From Dendrobates tinctorius (taxonomy: Eukaryota), in NCBI RefSeq assembly GCF_039654945.1, contig NW_027361714.1, positions 43,896,001 through 43,960,000 of the forward strand: 64,000 nt of DNA, written 5' to 3'. A model generated the notes under the pieces. The model was not told the DNA's origin. It ran no database searches and worked only from the letters and a program-made list of their open reading frames with translations. The position numbers were made by a program, and so were the translations under genes. Below are positions 13,422 to 26,266 of the stretch, in pieces (positions within the stretch are counted from its first letter, which is position 1; the number at the start of each line of letters is the position of its first letter).

Positions 13422-13805
13422 AGGGAATGATGTAGGGGCAGAGACCCTGATTGAAGCAATGTATCACTTAGTCTACTAGGAGCAGCACTTGTAATAAAAT
13501 CACAGTTTCCTCTGCTGCAGATGTAGCAGATCTCGGGATGCTGAGCTCTGTATAAACCCACCGGACCATCACTGATTAACAGCTTTAATCAAAATACAGT
13601 GTACACAGAAAGCTGCTAATCAGTGGTGGGGGTGATGTTACATACAGCAGGAGGATTACATGGCACTATAAAAATAATCCTCTAGTGATAATTTCCTGCT
13701 AATAAAACACTGATTTTATTGAAACACACAGCTGGAATCAGGGTCTCAGTCCCTACACCTTGCTATGCTCAGATTACACAGCAAAAACCTGGTGACAGAT
13801 TCCCT
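13422..13805. mobile_element. Second T2/Kolobok-type MITE sharing the TTAA site
   Basis: TTAA|agggaat ... acagattccct|TTAA; same family as ~6410-7050 and ~51280-51797. Confidence 0.75.
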
Positions 13806-14988
13806 TTAAGTACTTGGATATCCTTGTGATATAACATCGCATTATGAGGGTGAAATAATAGTATTTTCATATGATTCAGCCATCTCTGATAAAGCACTGT
13901 AGAGTAACATTTTTGCACATGTAGATGTTAAAAGGGGTTTTCACTTACAAAAATCTTCTGCTTAAAACACAGATGGTACCCATCCTCTTTCCACCCCTGC
14001 CTGATTCTCTTTTTACTGTCTTCAGCCAATCGCAGAGTTCAGTGTGCCATCTATATCAGCACAGCCACTTATCTCACCCCGATTGTCTGCAGCGGTGACG
14101 TGCACTATAGTTACGACGTTACTGCTGAAGCCAATACATAGAGTCTGGAGCAGCATCAGAAAGAAGGCAAGTACTAGCGGTGTTTGTTGGTTTACAAGTA
14201 TGCAATTGTATGGACCCAAGGTTTTTGTTGTTTAAGTGTTTACCCCTTTAATATTTATAATCTACGTTTCAGTGGTCACCTTGTATTACGGGACACAGAT
14301 ATATATTAATAAGTAGGTTTTACCTATTTTTTTTTAATTCATAAAATAGTTATATTTATTTTTTAAAGGACTCCGTGAAAACCCAAACCCAAAAAATCTG
14401 TGTTATATGGTGTCGGCATGCCTCCATTTTATTTTTTAATTAAAATGAAGCAACTGAAATGCAAGTGAAGTGTAGATTTTCAGGTTTAATTAAAGGGGTT
14501 GAATAAAAATATCCTGTGAAACATTTAGGAATTGCAACCATTTTTCTACAAAGCGTCTTCATTTCAAGGGCTCAAAGGTAATTGGACAAATTAACTAACA
14601 AATTAGCTTAGTTACTCACCGATAAGGTTGTTTCTCGGAACCCATGACAGCACCACGGAGAGAGGGGGTCCGCCCATCAAGGACAGGAACCTACAGATAA
14701 AAAGGCGGCACCTCTCCTCTGCCCCCAGTTGGTTACAGAGCATCAGAGGGTCTCCCGGTTAGTTAACAAAAGTATATACATAACATTATAATATTGCATA
14801 TTATGGAGAAGCACAGTGTCTAAACGAAAACACTCTACACACATTAAACCGTGCTCACCGCACACGTGAAGGGGGGAGAATAAGCGGGTGCTGTCATGGG
14901 TTCCGAGAAACACCGTTATCGGTGAGTAACTAAGCTATTCTCTCTCACCCATGACAGCACCACGGAGAGAATTACAGAGATTGGTAGC

Positions 14989-15645
14989 TTAGGGAGGGAC
15001 CACCGCCTGAAGGACCCTTCTCCCGAAGGTCAGGTCAGACGTAGAGGCTAGATCTAAACGATAGTGTCTGAAAAAGGTGGAAGGTGTTGACCAGGTGGCC
15101 ACCTTACAGATCTGTTCTATCGATACCTCTGATCTTTCTGCACATGACGTTGCCATTGCCCTTGTAGCGTGAGCTTTTAAACCCTCCTGGATGGTATTCC
15201 AGCTGGATGAATACGCCAGGGCAATTGCATCCCTTATCCACCTTGCTAGGGTACTCTTGGATCCCTTGAGTCCCTTCCGAGGTCCCTGGAAACACACAAA
15301 GAGAGACCCTTCCTTCCTACATCCCTTGGTGGCCTCTAAGTACTGAACTAGGCACCTCTTCACATCTAGGGTGTGAAATCTCTCCTCTCCCCTATTCCTA
15401 GGATTTGGGCAGAAGGAAGGAAGGACTACTTCTTGGGACCTATGAAAGTGTCGCTACCTTAGGTAGATATGCCGGGTCAGGTTTCAATATGACTCTATTG
15501 TCTAGGATTTTAGTGAATGATGGCATCGCTGACAGAGCTTGAATACCGCTCACCCTGCGAGCGGAGGTTAGGGCCACTAGAAGTACAGTCTTTAATGACA
15601 GGGTTTTTAGGGGTGCTGACTGGATGGGCTCGAATGGGGGCCCTG
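14989..15645 (-). pseudogene. DIRS tyrosine recombinase catalytic half (N-terminus deleted)
   Basis: PFEP..KTLSLKTVLLVALTSARRVSGIQALS, LDVKRCL, KAHATRAMATS, WSTPSTFFRHY, FGRRVLQAVVPP; frameshifted. Confidence 0.9.
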
Positions 15646-15649
15646 GTCC

Positions 15650-17590
15650 GGGGATTTCCCCTGGGGTCTAGGGAACAAAATGCTTCTACTTTTTTGTTTT
15701 TGGGGTCGGCAAACAGATCTATGTCCGGGGTTCCCCACATTTTTACAATCTGCCGAAAAATGGACTGTTTTAGAACCCATTCTCCCTGGCGTAACTGGGT
15801 GCGCCTCAGAACGTCTGCTCTCTGGTTTTCTGTTCCCCGTATATGCAGTGCAGAGAGGGATAGTAGGTTTGTCTCGGCTCGGGTGAAGATTACGGAGGAT
15901 GTGTTCATTCGTGTTCGGGACCTGGTTCCCCCCTGATGATTTATGTAGGCCACAGTCACCCGATTGTACGAAAATATGCGGACGTGATGACCCCGTAGCA
16001 CAGGTAGGAAGTGTGTTAGGGCATAACCTACTGCCAATAGTTCCTTTGGGTTCGAGGAGGCTTCCAGTTCCTGACCTCCCCATTCCCTCTGAGCCACCCT
16101 GTTGCTCATATGTGCTCCCCATCCCTTGGGACTGGCATCCGTGGTAATTATGTGTATGATTTTTATTACCCAGGGAATCCCTTTGGATATGTTGTCTCTG
16201 TTTCTCCACCAAGCTAGGGAATGAATAGTTTTGGAGTCTAGTGTAACATGGCCTTCCAAGTGACCTCCTAATGCTAACTGGTTGGCTAATACATCCCATT
16301 GGAGATCTCTGGTATGTAGCTGCGCCCACTGGACCGCTGGCAGGCAGGCGGAGAGGGACCCTAGTAGTGACATCGCTTTTCTTAGCATCATGGAAGGGTT
16401 CTGAATCGCTCTTGCTACCATCTGAGCAATTCTCTCTTTTTTGCGGTCTGGAAGGTAACACTCCTGGGTGTTTGAGACCAGTGTTAGTCCTAGGAACTCC
16501 TGAACTTTGCTGGGCTCCAACCTCGATTTTTTTAGGTTTAGAAGCCAGCCGAGATTCTGTAGATTGTCCATCACTCTGTCCCTCTGTACCTTGCATCTTT
16601 GGGCCGAGTTGCTTGCTATTAAAAAGTCGTCCAAATATGGGATTATTAAAATATCTTGTTCTCTTAGGCTATGTGCACACGTAGTTTTTTTGGTGTGCGG
16701 ATTTTGGAGAGAAAACCGCAGGTAAATCCGCAGGACAAAAGTCCTGCGGTTTATCTGCGGTTTTACACCTCATAATGGATGAGGTGTAAAACTGCAGCGT
16801 TTCTGCACCAAACAATTGACATGCTGCGGAATGTAAACCGCAGCAAAACTGCGCGAAAAAATCCCCAGCATGTGCACAGCATTTTTTAATTTCCATAGGA
16901 AATAAAGGTACTGTACAACGCAGCAGAATCTGCTGCGAGCCCGCAGCTGCAGAAACGCTGCGGAACCGCAGCAGAATCCGCACCATGTGCACATACCCTC
17001 AGATGAGCCATCATTTCTGCTACTAGTTTCGTGAAAACTCGCGGGGGCTACAGAAATTCCAAATGGCAGGGTCCTGTACTGAAATCCCTTATTTCGTCTT
17101 CTATGGAGACCGCCAGTCTGAGGTATTTTCGGGAGTCTTTGTGGATGGGGATGTGATAGTATGCATCACTGAGATCTAATACTGTCATGAAGCAATGTGG
17201 TAAGAGAATTTTGGTGTTTGACTTGATTGACTCCAGTTTGAATTTTTGGTTTATGACGTAATCGTTTAGCCTCTTTAGATTTATAATTGTCCGGAAGGTA
17301 CCGTCCGGTTTGGTCACTAGAAAAAGAGGGGAGTAGAACCCTCTGCCTCTCTCCTGCGGGGGGAACCTCCTGGAGGACTCTTTTACTCAACAAGCTTAGG
17401 ACCTCTTTTGAGAGAGCTTTTTGTTCTCTTATTGAAGATGTTAGTGGGGTCACCACATTTTTTGAGGTGGGAGAAAGAGAAAATCTATCCTTAGGCCTGA
17501 TCCTATCAGATTTAATAACCAAGGGTTGTTTGATATTTTCCTCCAGGCTGGGAGAAAAAAGCTTAGCCTCCCTCCCACCCTGGGCAAACA
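15650..17590 (-). pseudogene. DIRS reverse transcriptase / RNase H / methyltransferase ORF, disrupted
   Basis: KPDGTFRTIINLKRLN, VLDLSDAYYHIPI, PYLDDFLI, TTDAS, NRVTVAYINHQGGTRS, PDIDLFA; split by a MITE at 16667-16998 and by frameshifts. Confidence 0.92.
16667..16998. mobile_element. Harbinger-type MITE inside the DIRS RT
   Basis: TIRs ggctatgtgcaca / tgtgcacataccc; 3-bp tta/tca flanks. Removing it restores RT MAHLREQDILIIPYLDD. Confidence 0.85.
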
Positions 17591-18165
17591 GTCACTTGGA
17601 GGGTTTTTTTGTCTCGGGACGAGTTACCGAAGAAGAACCCCCTGTCTCTCCTTCTGTCGTCCCATTTCTGTTCTCTCGGGGGTCTTCTCTGAAAAAACTT
17701 TTTGTTTCGAAAGGATCTTTCAAAACCTGTAGGACCCAGGTTTGGGAATCCCTTCTTTTTCTCCCCTGCCTTTTGGAGGATGTCATCCAGCGTCTCGACG
17801 AATAGGAATTTCCCTTCACAGGGGATGGAGTATAGCTTCATCTTAGTCTAAGTCCCCTGGCCAACATTTGAGCCACAGCGTTCTTCGGGCTGCGTTTGAC
17901 AGGGCTGCTGCTTTGGATGACAACCTTACTAAATTAGCTGATGAGTCGGCTAAGAAGGCCGCCGCTCCCCTTATTACTGGAATGGATTCCAGGATCTTCT
18001 CCCTGGGTGTACCTTCCCTTAACTGTTTCTCTAGTTGATCCACCCATACCATGAGGGCTCTGAAGGTACATGATGCCGCTATCGCTGGTCTAAGATTTCC
18101 CCCAGCTGATTCCCAAGTGCCCTTGAGGAAAGCATCGGCCTTTTTATCTAAGGGGTCTTTTAGAG

Positions 18166-18327
18166 TAGGGTTCCCCAACTCCAGTCCTCAAGGCCCACCA
18201 ACAGGTCATGTTTTCAGAATTTCCCTTGCATTGTACAGGTGACGCAATTATCACCTGGGCAATACTAAGGAAATCCTGAAAACATGACCTGTTGGTGGGC
18301 CTTGAGGACTGGAGTCGGGGAACCCTG
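18166..18327. mobile_element. Short palindromic hAT MITE inside DIRS gag
   Basis: tagggttccccaactccagtcctc / gaggactggagtcggggaaccctg; 8-bp TSD ttttagag. Relatives at ~32419-32592 and ~39853-39979. Confidence 0.88.
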
Positions 18328-20514
18328 TTTTAGAGTACCCATATCCTCAAAGGGGAGTGCAAATTTTTTTGAGGCGTTGGCGACCGCTACATCTAGTTGC
18401 GGGGCATTGTCCCAAGACGTGGACGCCTCCTTGTCGAATGGATATTTTCTCTTAAGGGAAGGGACCGTGTAGTTCTTCCTATCCGGTCTTTCCCATTCTT
18501 TATCAGGCCCTGTACAATCTCGATTAGCGGAAACACTGTTTCTTTTGGCCCAGTCCCCCGAACATTATGTCCTGGACTGATCTATCAGGCCGAGGGTCTG
18601 GCACCTCCATGGTAGACCTTACTACCCTTACTAACATGTCTACCTCATCTAGGGGAAAACAGTGACGGCCCCCCGTTTCTTCGTCTGAGGATGACGAGTC
18701 GGTGTCCGAAGTCTGTGAGGTAACTTCCCCTGACGTCGAGACTTCTGACTGGGAGCCTACTACTACATCCCTTTTTTTTTTGCTTTCCCTTTGTGTTTTA
18801 GGGGTGAAAAGGCACTCAAACTCCGATCGGATTACAGCTCTTAGATCCGAGGCGTAATCCGGGGTTTCATCACAAAGAACTTCCTGTATCCAGGATTCGC
18901 AGAGCTTTTTATCCCAAGAAGCTGGTAGTGGTCTGCTACAGGTGGGGCATTCCCTGGTCTTTGTTTTCTAATAAGGGAAAGAAGTCTATTACAATGGGGA
19001 ACATTCACGTAGATCACTCACCCCAGTATGCGCGGTTGCAGGTACCGGTTCGGGAGGTGGATTCAGATCCCTCACGGGTTGATCCAAGGAAGGTGACTTG
19101 CTCCTCGCAGTCGACTTGCTGCGCTGCATGGAGTGGCTACTGAACCGGCACTAGCGCCTGTCCTTATCCTTTTGCCAGTGATGGTGGTGTTGCCTGTGCT
19201 GCTGCTGCTTAGGCTGCTGCTCTGGCTGCTCCTCGTGCTGGTCGCTGTCCTCCATACTTACAGGACGCTTCCAGCAAGGAGTAGTTCCAGCGTTCTCCTT
19301 TTAAATTTCCCGGCTGTGACGTCACTTCCTCTCCCAGCCTGTTCCGCTCTGTGCACCGGGGAGCGCGCAGTGCGTCGACCGCGGGGACCCGGAAGTAGTC
19401 TCCTTCATTTCCGGGGCAGCGCCATATTGGTACACCTCTGTACCGCAGCGCTGCCGGCGCGTGTGCCGGCCTCCCTCAGCCTCCTTTCCGGAGCGGCAGC
19501 TCGGTCCTCTCCCCCCCGCTCACCCTGTGAAGCCTGTCGGCTACAGCGGTGGCAGCTTCAGGAACCGACCCTGCGGCGACAGGGGCCTCCCCGCTGCCAG
19601 CATTATGGGCGGGACAGCCCTGGACTCCTCTTCAAGGTAAGCTGCTGCCGCTGGTTCCACGGGTCACCCGTCAAGGACAGGAACCCAACTGGGGGCTGAA
19701 GAGAGGTGCCGCCTTTTTATCTGTAGGTTCCTGTCTTGATGGGCAGACCCCCTCTCTCCGTGGTGCTGTCATGGGTGAGAGAGAAAAAATGCTCCATTTT
19801 AATTCTTTGAAGAAAACTTGAGAATCCTCTGTAGGCAATGACTGCCTGAAGCCTGGAAGTCATGGACGTCGCCAAACACTAGGTTTCCTCCTTTTTGATG
19901 ATTTGTCACGCCTTTACTGCAGCTGACTTGATTTGTTGCTCGTTTGTGAGTCTTTCTGCATTAAGTTTTGTCTTAGGTATGCGAAATGCTGCTCGATGGG
20001 TGAGGAAGTGGTGATTGATTCAGTCATGTAGAATATTCCTCTTCTCCGCCTAAAACTACTAGGACAACCCCTTCTTTAACTAAATGTTTGGGCCCGATAA
20101 AAAAAAAAAACAACCTATACTCACCTCCCGTGCCATCGCCATTCCCAGGGTGTCAGCAATTGCTTTCCACAATTGTTGACACCGCGGGAACGGCACAGGC
20201 GGCGAGTATAGGTTTTTCTTTTTATTTTAAACTATTTAATTCAAGAAGGGGTTGACCTAGTAGTGGACAACCTCTTTAAAAAAAACTCCTAGGAATGTAA
20301 TGACATATTTTGGGTGATTGTCCATCTGTACTCTGAAGAGACGTCCAATCCACCTTGCTGCATTTGGCTGAATCTGAGCAGAAAGTATCGCCCTGTACAC
20401 TTCAAAATTCATCTGGCTGCTTCTGTCTTCAGTCACATCATCAATAAACGACTGACCCAGTGCTATTGGAAGCCATCACACTGCCTCAATCACGTTTTAC
20501 AGGAGATGTAGTGT

Positions 20515-21050
20515 ACTTTCTAGATAGGTTCCTTGGGGGGTCTAGTTTCCAGAATGGGGTCATTTGTGGGGGGTTTCTACTGTTTAGCTACATCAAGGGC
20601 TCTGAAAACGTAACATGACTCCCGCAGACCATTCCATCAAGTTGGCATTTGAAAAACGTCACTACTTCCCTTTCGAGCCCCGACGTGTGCCCAAACAGTG
20701 GTTTCAGCCCCACATATGGGGTACCAGCGTACTCAGGACAAACCGGAGAACAACTTTTGGGGTCCAATTTCTCCTGTTACCATTGTGAAAATAAAAATTA
20801 GTGGGCTAAAAAAAATTATTTTTTGAGAAAATTTTTTTTTTTTTTATTTTCACGGCTCTGCGTTATAAACTTCTGTGAAGCACCTGGAGGTTCAAAGTGC
20901 TCACTATGCATCTAGATAAGTTCCTTAGGGGGTCTGGTTTCCAAAATGGGGTAATTTGAGGGAGAGCTCCAAAGTTTAGGCACACAGGGGCTCTCCAAAC
21001 ACGACATGGTGTCCGCTAACGATTGGAGCTAATTTTCCATTCAAGAAGTC
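20515..21050 (-). repeat. Reverse-oriented fragment of the ~390-bp tandem unit of the piggyBac-like element
   Basis: Reverse complement of the gaccccattttggaaactagacccc-containing units found at 23100-25370. Confidence 0.8.
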
Positions 21051-21164
21051 TACCTATTTTGTTATATTACAGTCTGTGTTTAAATATTTTTGTAATCCGA
21101 TTTTTGTGTGATGCATCAGCACTAAATAGTCTAAGTTGGTGAAGTGACAAAAATATAGGAATAA

Positions 21165-21611
21165 ATTAAATTTATGGAATCAAATAACTAAAAATTGGCA
21201 TGAGCATATGTAATCACCCCTTTTGTTATAAAGCCCCTAAAAATTTCTGATGCAAGCAATTACCTTCATAAGTCACATACTTAGCAAAAGGAAGCCCACC
21301 TGTGTGCAATCAAAGTGTCACATGGTCTGTCAGCACATACACAACTTTTCTGAAAGGCCACAAAATTGCAACACCATTAAGCAAAAGGCAACACTAATCA
21401 AAGAAACACCATGAAGGTCAAGCAGATCTCCAAATAAATCAGAGACAAAGTTGTTGAGAAGTAGAAGTCAGGGCTGGGTTATAAAAAAAATATTCCAATC
21501 TCTTATGATGCACCGGAGCACCATCAAATCCATTATCATCAAATGGAAAGAACATGGTACCACAACAAACCTACCAAGAGAGGACCGCCCACCAAAACGC
21601 TCAGCTCGGGC
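21165..21611 (+). pseudogene. Tc1 5' fragment
   Basis: atgaaggtcaagcag start at 21411; STIKSIIIKWKEHGTTTNLPREDRPPK resembles the Tc1 N-terminal HTH. Confidence 0.75.
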
Positions 21612-22352
21612 AAGTATTTTGGTATGGTGTTTTTGGGTGATATGCATTGCCTTTTAGCCTGCAAACATGGTGTGTATTACAGCAGGAAAAATTTTGGTCT
21701 CATCTGACTAGACTATATTATCCCAGTATTTCACAGGCTTGTCTAAACGTTGTTGAGCAAACTTTAAGTGCGCTTGCATATGCTTTTTGTTCAACACTGG
21801 AATCTTGCATGGTGAGTGTTCGCACAGGACATTGAGGTTGAGTGCATTACTTAATAGTTTTCTTTGAAACAATTATAACTGCTGATTCCAGGAGTTTCGG
21901 TAGCTCTCCACATGTGGTCCTTGGACAACCCTTCTGATAATTATACTCACTCCTGTCTAAAATCTTCAGGGGAGCACATGGTCGTAGCCGGTTTATAGTG
22001 AAATGATGTTCTTTCAACTTTTATTTTAAAAATTCTTCTGTAGCCAATGCCATCAGTATATTTTGCAACAATAAGGTTGAAAAGGTCTTGAGACAGTTCA
22101 CTGGTTTTACAAATCATGAGATGTTTCTTGTGTGTCAACTTGGTAATGAATATGCAAATAAAGTCCATGGAGCCTCATTTAAGAGTCTCAAACACGGGAC
22201 TAGCCAGATCTTCCTCCAGGGAAGGACCCAGCCAAGGGGTGGCTCCTTTCGGAAACCACCATTACCACCATATTAAGTGGCCCTTTAAATCAATATCCAG
22301 CTCTTTACGAGTTTACAGATATGACAAGGGAAACACCAAGGCCAGGGATCCA

Positions 22353-22396
22353 TCCACAGACAGCTGTTTTGGGGTGTTGCCCCTCATCAGTGTGGA
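22353..22396 (-). ncRNA. Minimal type I hammerhead ribozyme motif with a core mutation (GAAA to AAAA)
   Basis: Minus strand: uccaca-CUGAUGA-gggg-caaca-cccc-AAAA-cagcug-UC-ugugga. Stem I uccaca/ugugga, stem II gggg/cccc, palindromic stem III acagcugu, GUC cleavage triplet. Confidence 0.8.
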
Positions 22397-22517
22397 GTAG
22401 GATTTTGGCTAGGTGGGAGCAATACCTAGTAGACCAACATCACGAAACAATCACTGACCCTTGGCTGGGTCCTTCCCTGGAGGAAGATCTGGCTAGTCCC
22501 GTGTTTGAGACTCTTAA

Positions 22518-23490
22518 CCCCTTCATGACCAAGCCTATTTTGACCTTAATGACCAGGCCATTTTTTGCAATTCTGACCAGTGTCCCTTTACAAGATAACT
22601 CAGGAACGCTTCAACGCATCCTAGCGATTCTGAGATTTTTTTCCTGACATATTGGGCTTCATGTTAGTGGTAAATTTAGGTCGATAATTTTTGCATTTAT
22701 TTGTGAAAAAAATCAGAAATTTGGCAAAAATTTAGAAAATTTCGCAATTTTCAAATTTTGAATTTTTATTCTATTAAACCAGAGAGTTATGTGACACAAA
22801 ATAGTTACTAAATAACATTTACCACAAGTCTAGTTTACAAAAGCACAATTTTGGAAACTAAATATTTTTTTGTTAGGAAGTTATAAGGGTTAAAAGTTGA
22901 CCAGCGATTTCTCATTTTTACAATAAAATTTACAAAACCATTTTTTTTAGGGACCACCTCACATTTGAAGTCACTTTGAGGGGTCTATATGGCAGAAAAT
23001 ACCCAAAAGTGACACCATTGTAAAAACTGCACCCCTCAAGCTACTCAAAACTACATTCAAGAAGATTATTAACCCTTCAGGTGTTTCACAGGAACTAAAG
23101 CAACGTGGAAAGAAAAAATGGACATTTTAATTTTTCCAACAAAAAATTTCTTTTAGCATCAATTTTTTCATTTTCACATGGGCAACAAGATAAAATGGAT
23201 CATAAAATTTGTTGGGCAATTTCTCCCGAGTACACCGATACCTCATATGTGGTCATAAACCACTGTTTGCGCGCACGGCAGGGCTCAGAAGGGAAGGAGC
23301 ACCATTTGACTTTTGAATGGAAAATATGCTGGAATATTTAGCGGTTGCCATGTCACGTTTGGAGAGCCCCTGTGTGCATAAACATTGGAGCTCCTCCACA
23401 AGTGACCCCATTTTGGAAACTAGACCCCCAAGGAACTTATCTAGATGCATAGTGATCACTTTGAACCCCCCCAGGTACTTCAAATTGATC

Positions 23491-23538
<48 letters not shown>

Positions 23539-26266
23539 CTTTTTTTTCACAAAAATTTTCTTTTAGCCTCAGTTTTTTCATTTTCACATGGGCAACAGGG
23601 TAAAATGGATCCTAAAATTTGTTGAACAATTTCTCCTGAGTACACCGATACCTCATATGTGGTCATAAACCACTGTTTGAGCGCACGGCAGGGTCCGGAA
23701 GGGAAGGAGCACCATTTGACTTTTTGAATGGAAAATTATCTCCAATCGTTAGCGTACACCATGTCGCGTTTGGAGAGCCCCTGTGTACCTAAACATTGGA
23801 GCTCCCCCACAAGTGACCCCATTTTGGAAACTAGACCCCCTAAGGAACTTATCTAGATGTGTAGTGAGCACTTTGAACCCCCAAGTGCTTCACAGAAGTT
23901 TATAACAGAGCAGTGAAAATAAAAAATAATTTTTTTTCCTCAAAAATGATTTTTAGCACACTATTTTTAATTTTCACAAGGAGAAATTGGCCAACAAAAG
24001 TTGTTGTCCAGTTTGTCCTGAGTACGCGGGTACCCCATATGTGAGGGGGAACCACTGTTTGGGCACACGGCAGGGCTCAGAAGGGAAGGAGCGCCATTTG
24101 ACTTTTTGAAATGCAAATTACTTCTAATCGTTAGCGGACACCATGTCGTGTTTGGAGAGCCCCTGTATGCCTAAACATTGCAGCTCCCCCACAAATGACC
24201 CCATTTTGGAAACCAGACCCCCTAAGGAACTTATCTAGATGCATAGTGAACACTATGAACCCCCAAGTGCTTCACAAAAGTTTATAACGCTGAGCCGTGA
24301 AAATAAAAAATATTTTTTTTTCCCTCAAAAAATTATATTTAAGTGCGCAATTTTTTATTTTCACAAGGGTAGCAGAATAAATTGGACCCCAAAAGTTGTT
24401 GTCCAGTTTGTCATTAGTACGCTGGTACCCCATATGTGGGTGGGGACCACCGTTTGGGTACACGTCGGGGCTCGGAAGGGAAGTAGTGACATTATGAAAT
24501 GCTGACTTTGATGGAATGGTCTGCGGGCATCATGTTACATTTGCAGAGCCCCTGATGTACCTAAACTGTGGAAGCCCCCCACAAATGACCCCATTTTGGA
24601 AACTAGACCCCCCCAAGGAACTTATCTAGATATGTGGTGAGTACCTTGAACCCCCAAGCGCGTCACAGAAGTTTATAACGCAGAGCCGTGAAAATAAAAA
24701 ATATTTTTTTTTCCTCAAAAAAATGATTTTCAGCCAGCAATTTTTCATTTTCACAGGGGTAGCAGGATAAATTGGACCCCAAAAGTTGTTGTACAGTTTG
24801 TCCTGAGTACGCTGGTGCCCCATATATGGGGGGAAACATTATTTGGGCACACGTAAGGGCTCGGAATGGAAGTAGTGACGTTTTGAAATGCAGACTTTGA
24901 TGGAATGGTCTGCGGTCGTCGTTACGTTTGCAGAGCCCCTGATATGCCTAAACAATAGGAACCTCCCACAAGTGACCCCATTTTGGAAACTAGATCTCCC
25001 AATGAACTTATCTAGATGCCTGGTGAACACTTTGAACCCCCCAAGTGCTTCACAGAAGTTTATAACGCAGAGACGTGAAAAAAAAAAAAAAAGAAAAAAA
25101 TTTCCACAAAAATATTTTTTTAGCCCCCAATTTTTTATTTTCCCAAGGGTACCAGGAGAAATTAGACCCCCAAAGTTGTTGCGAACTTTTTCCTGAGTAC
25201 GCTGATATGCCATATGTTGGGGTAAACCACTGTTTGGGCACATGTCGGGGCTTGGAAGGGAGGGAGCACCGTTTAACTTTTTGAACGCAAAATTGGCTGG
25301 AATCAATGGTTGCACCATGTCGCGTTTGGAGACCCCCTGATGTGCCTAAACAGTGGAAACCTCACAATTCTAACTTCAACCCTAACCCCAACACAGCCCT
25401 AACCACAGCCCTAACCCCAACACATCCCTAACCCTAATCCCAACCCTAACCCCAACACACCCCGAACCCTAATCCCAACCCTAACCATAACCCTAACCAC
25501 AAGCCTAACCCTAACCACAAGCCTAACCCTAATTCCAACCCTAACCCTAATTCCAACCCTAACACTCTTTCCAACCCTAACGGAAAAATAAAAATTTCTT
25601 TATTTTATTAGTAGATCCTGCCTATGGGGGTGATAAATGGGGGGTTTATTTACTTTTCATTCTATTTTGATCACTGTGAGAGTTTATCACAGTGATCAAA
25701 ATGAATGAATGGAAATTACAGCCGGCGGGCGCACTGCGCATGCGCCCGCCATTTTCCAATATGGCGGCGCCCATGGTCCGGGACCGCGGGACACTGGGAG
25801 CCATAACGGCACTCGGTGAGTACCGGGGGGTGATCAGAAGCCGGGGGGAGCGGAGGGAAGGTGGGGGGAGATGAATACAGCGGCGGCACATCGCCGCTGT
25901 CATTCAGTGGTGGGGGGCAGATCGCCCCTGTTAACGGGGAGGGGGACGGATCGCTGTCACCAGCCATGTCCGATGCTACAGCAGCGTCGGACATGGCTGG
26001 ATAGTAATATTTCATCAATTTTCATTGATGAAATATTACTATCGCTTTAACAGCCAATCAGAGCGATCGTAGTCACGTGGGGGCAAAGCCACGCCCCCTA
26101 TGGTGAAGAACAAAGCCCCTTGTATCTGCGGGTCGGGTGACCTTTCAGTGACCTAGGTCACCCGAACCGCAGGGGGGCTTTGAAGTCATGACGCCGCATA
26201 GGCGTCACTGGTCAGATTGGCACCAGTTTTCATGACGCCTATGTGGTGTCATTGGTCGTGAAGGGG
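22518..26266 (+). mobile_element. Non-coding piggyBac-like element with internal tandem array (copy 1)
   Basis: TTAA|ccccttcatgacc ... ggtcgtgaagggg|TTAA. About 6 units of ~385-410 bp (marker gaccccattttggaaac near 23405, 23815, 24198, 24587, 24974). No transposase ORF. Confidence 0.88.
25376..25582. repeat. Degenerate telomere-like (CCCTAA)n tract
   Basis: ccctaa interspersed with ccccaa, ccataa, ccacaa and ttccaa variants. Confidence 0.9.

Larger units (their letters stand above)
14604..19785 (-). mobile_element. DIRS1-type tyrosine-recombinase retrotransposon, copy 1 (degenerate), inserted into an older Tc1 remnant
   Basis: ITRs at ~14640-14735 and ~19683-19775; ICR at 14886-14970 complementary to both termini. 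Minus-strand gag (19255-~17560), RT (FYSPLF-like, YLDDFL), RNase H (TTDASPKGWGAH), MT start (PDIDLFA) and YR. Tc1-like sequence continues on both sides (14440-14600, 19786-20050). Confidence 0.95.

Noticed and set aside
15530-15650. Apparent foreign filler DNA in DIRS copy 1
   Set aside because: Another frame reads LSLKTVLLVALTSARRVS, which is YR itself, so this is a simple internal deletion.
25376-25582. True telomere or chromosome-fusion site
   Set aside because: Short, degenerate, in one orientation only, and present at the same position in two copies of a transposon.
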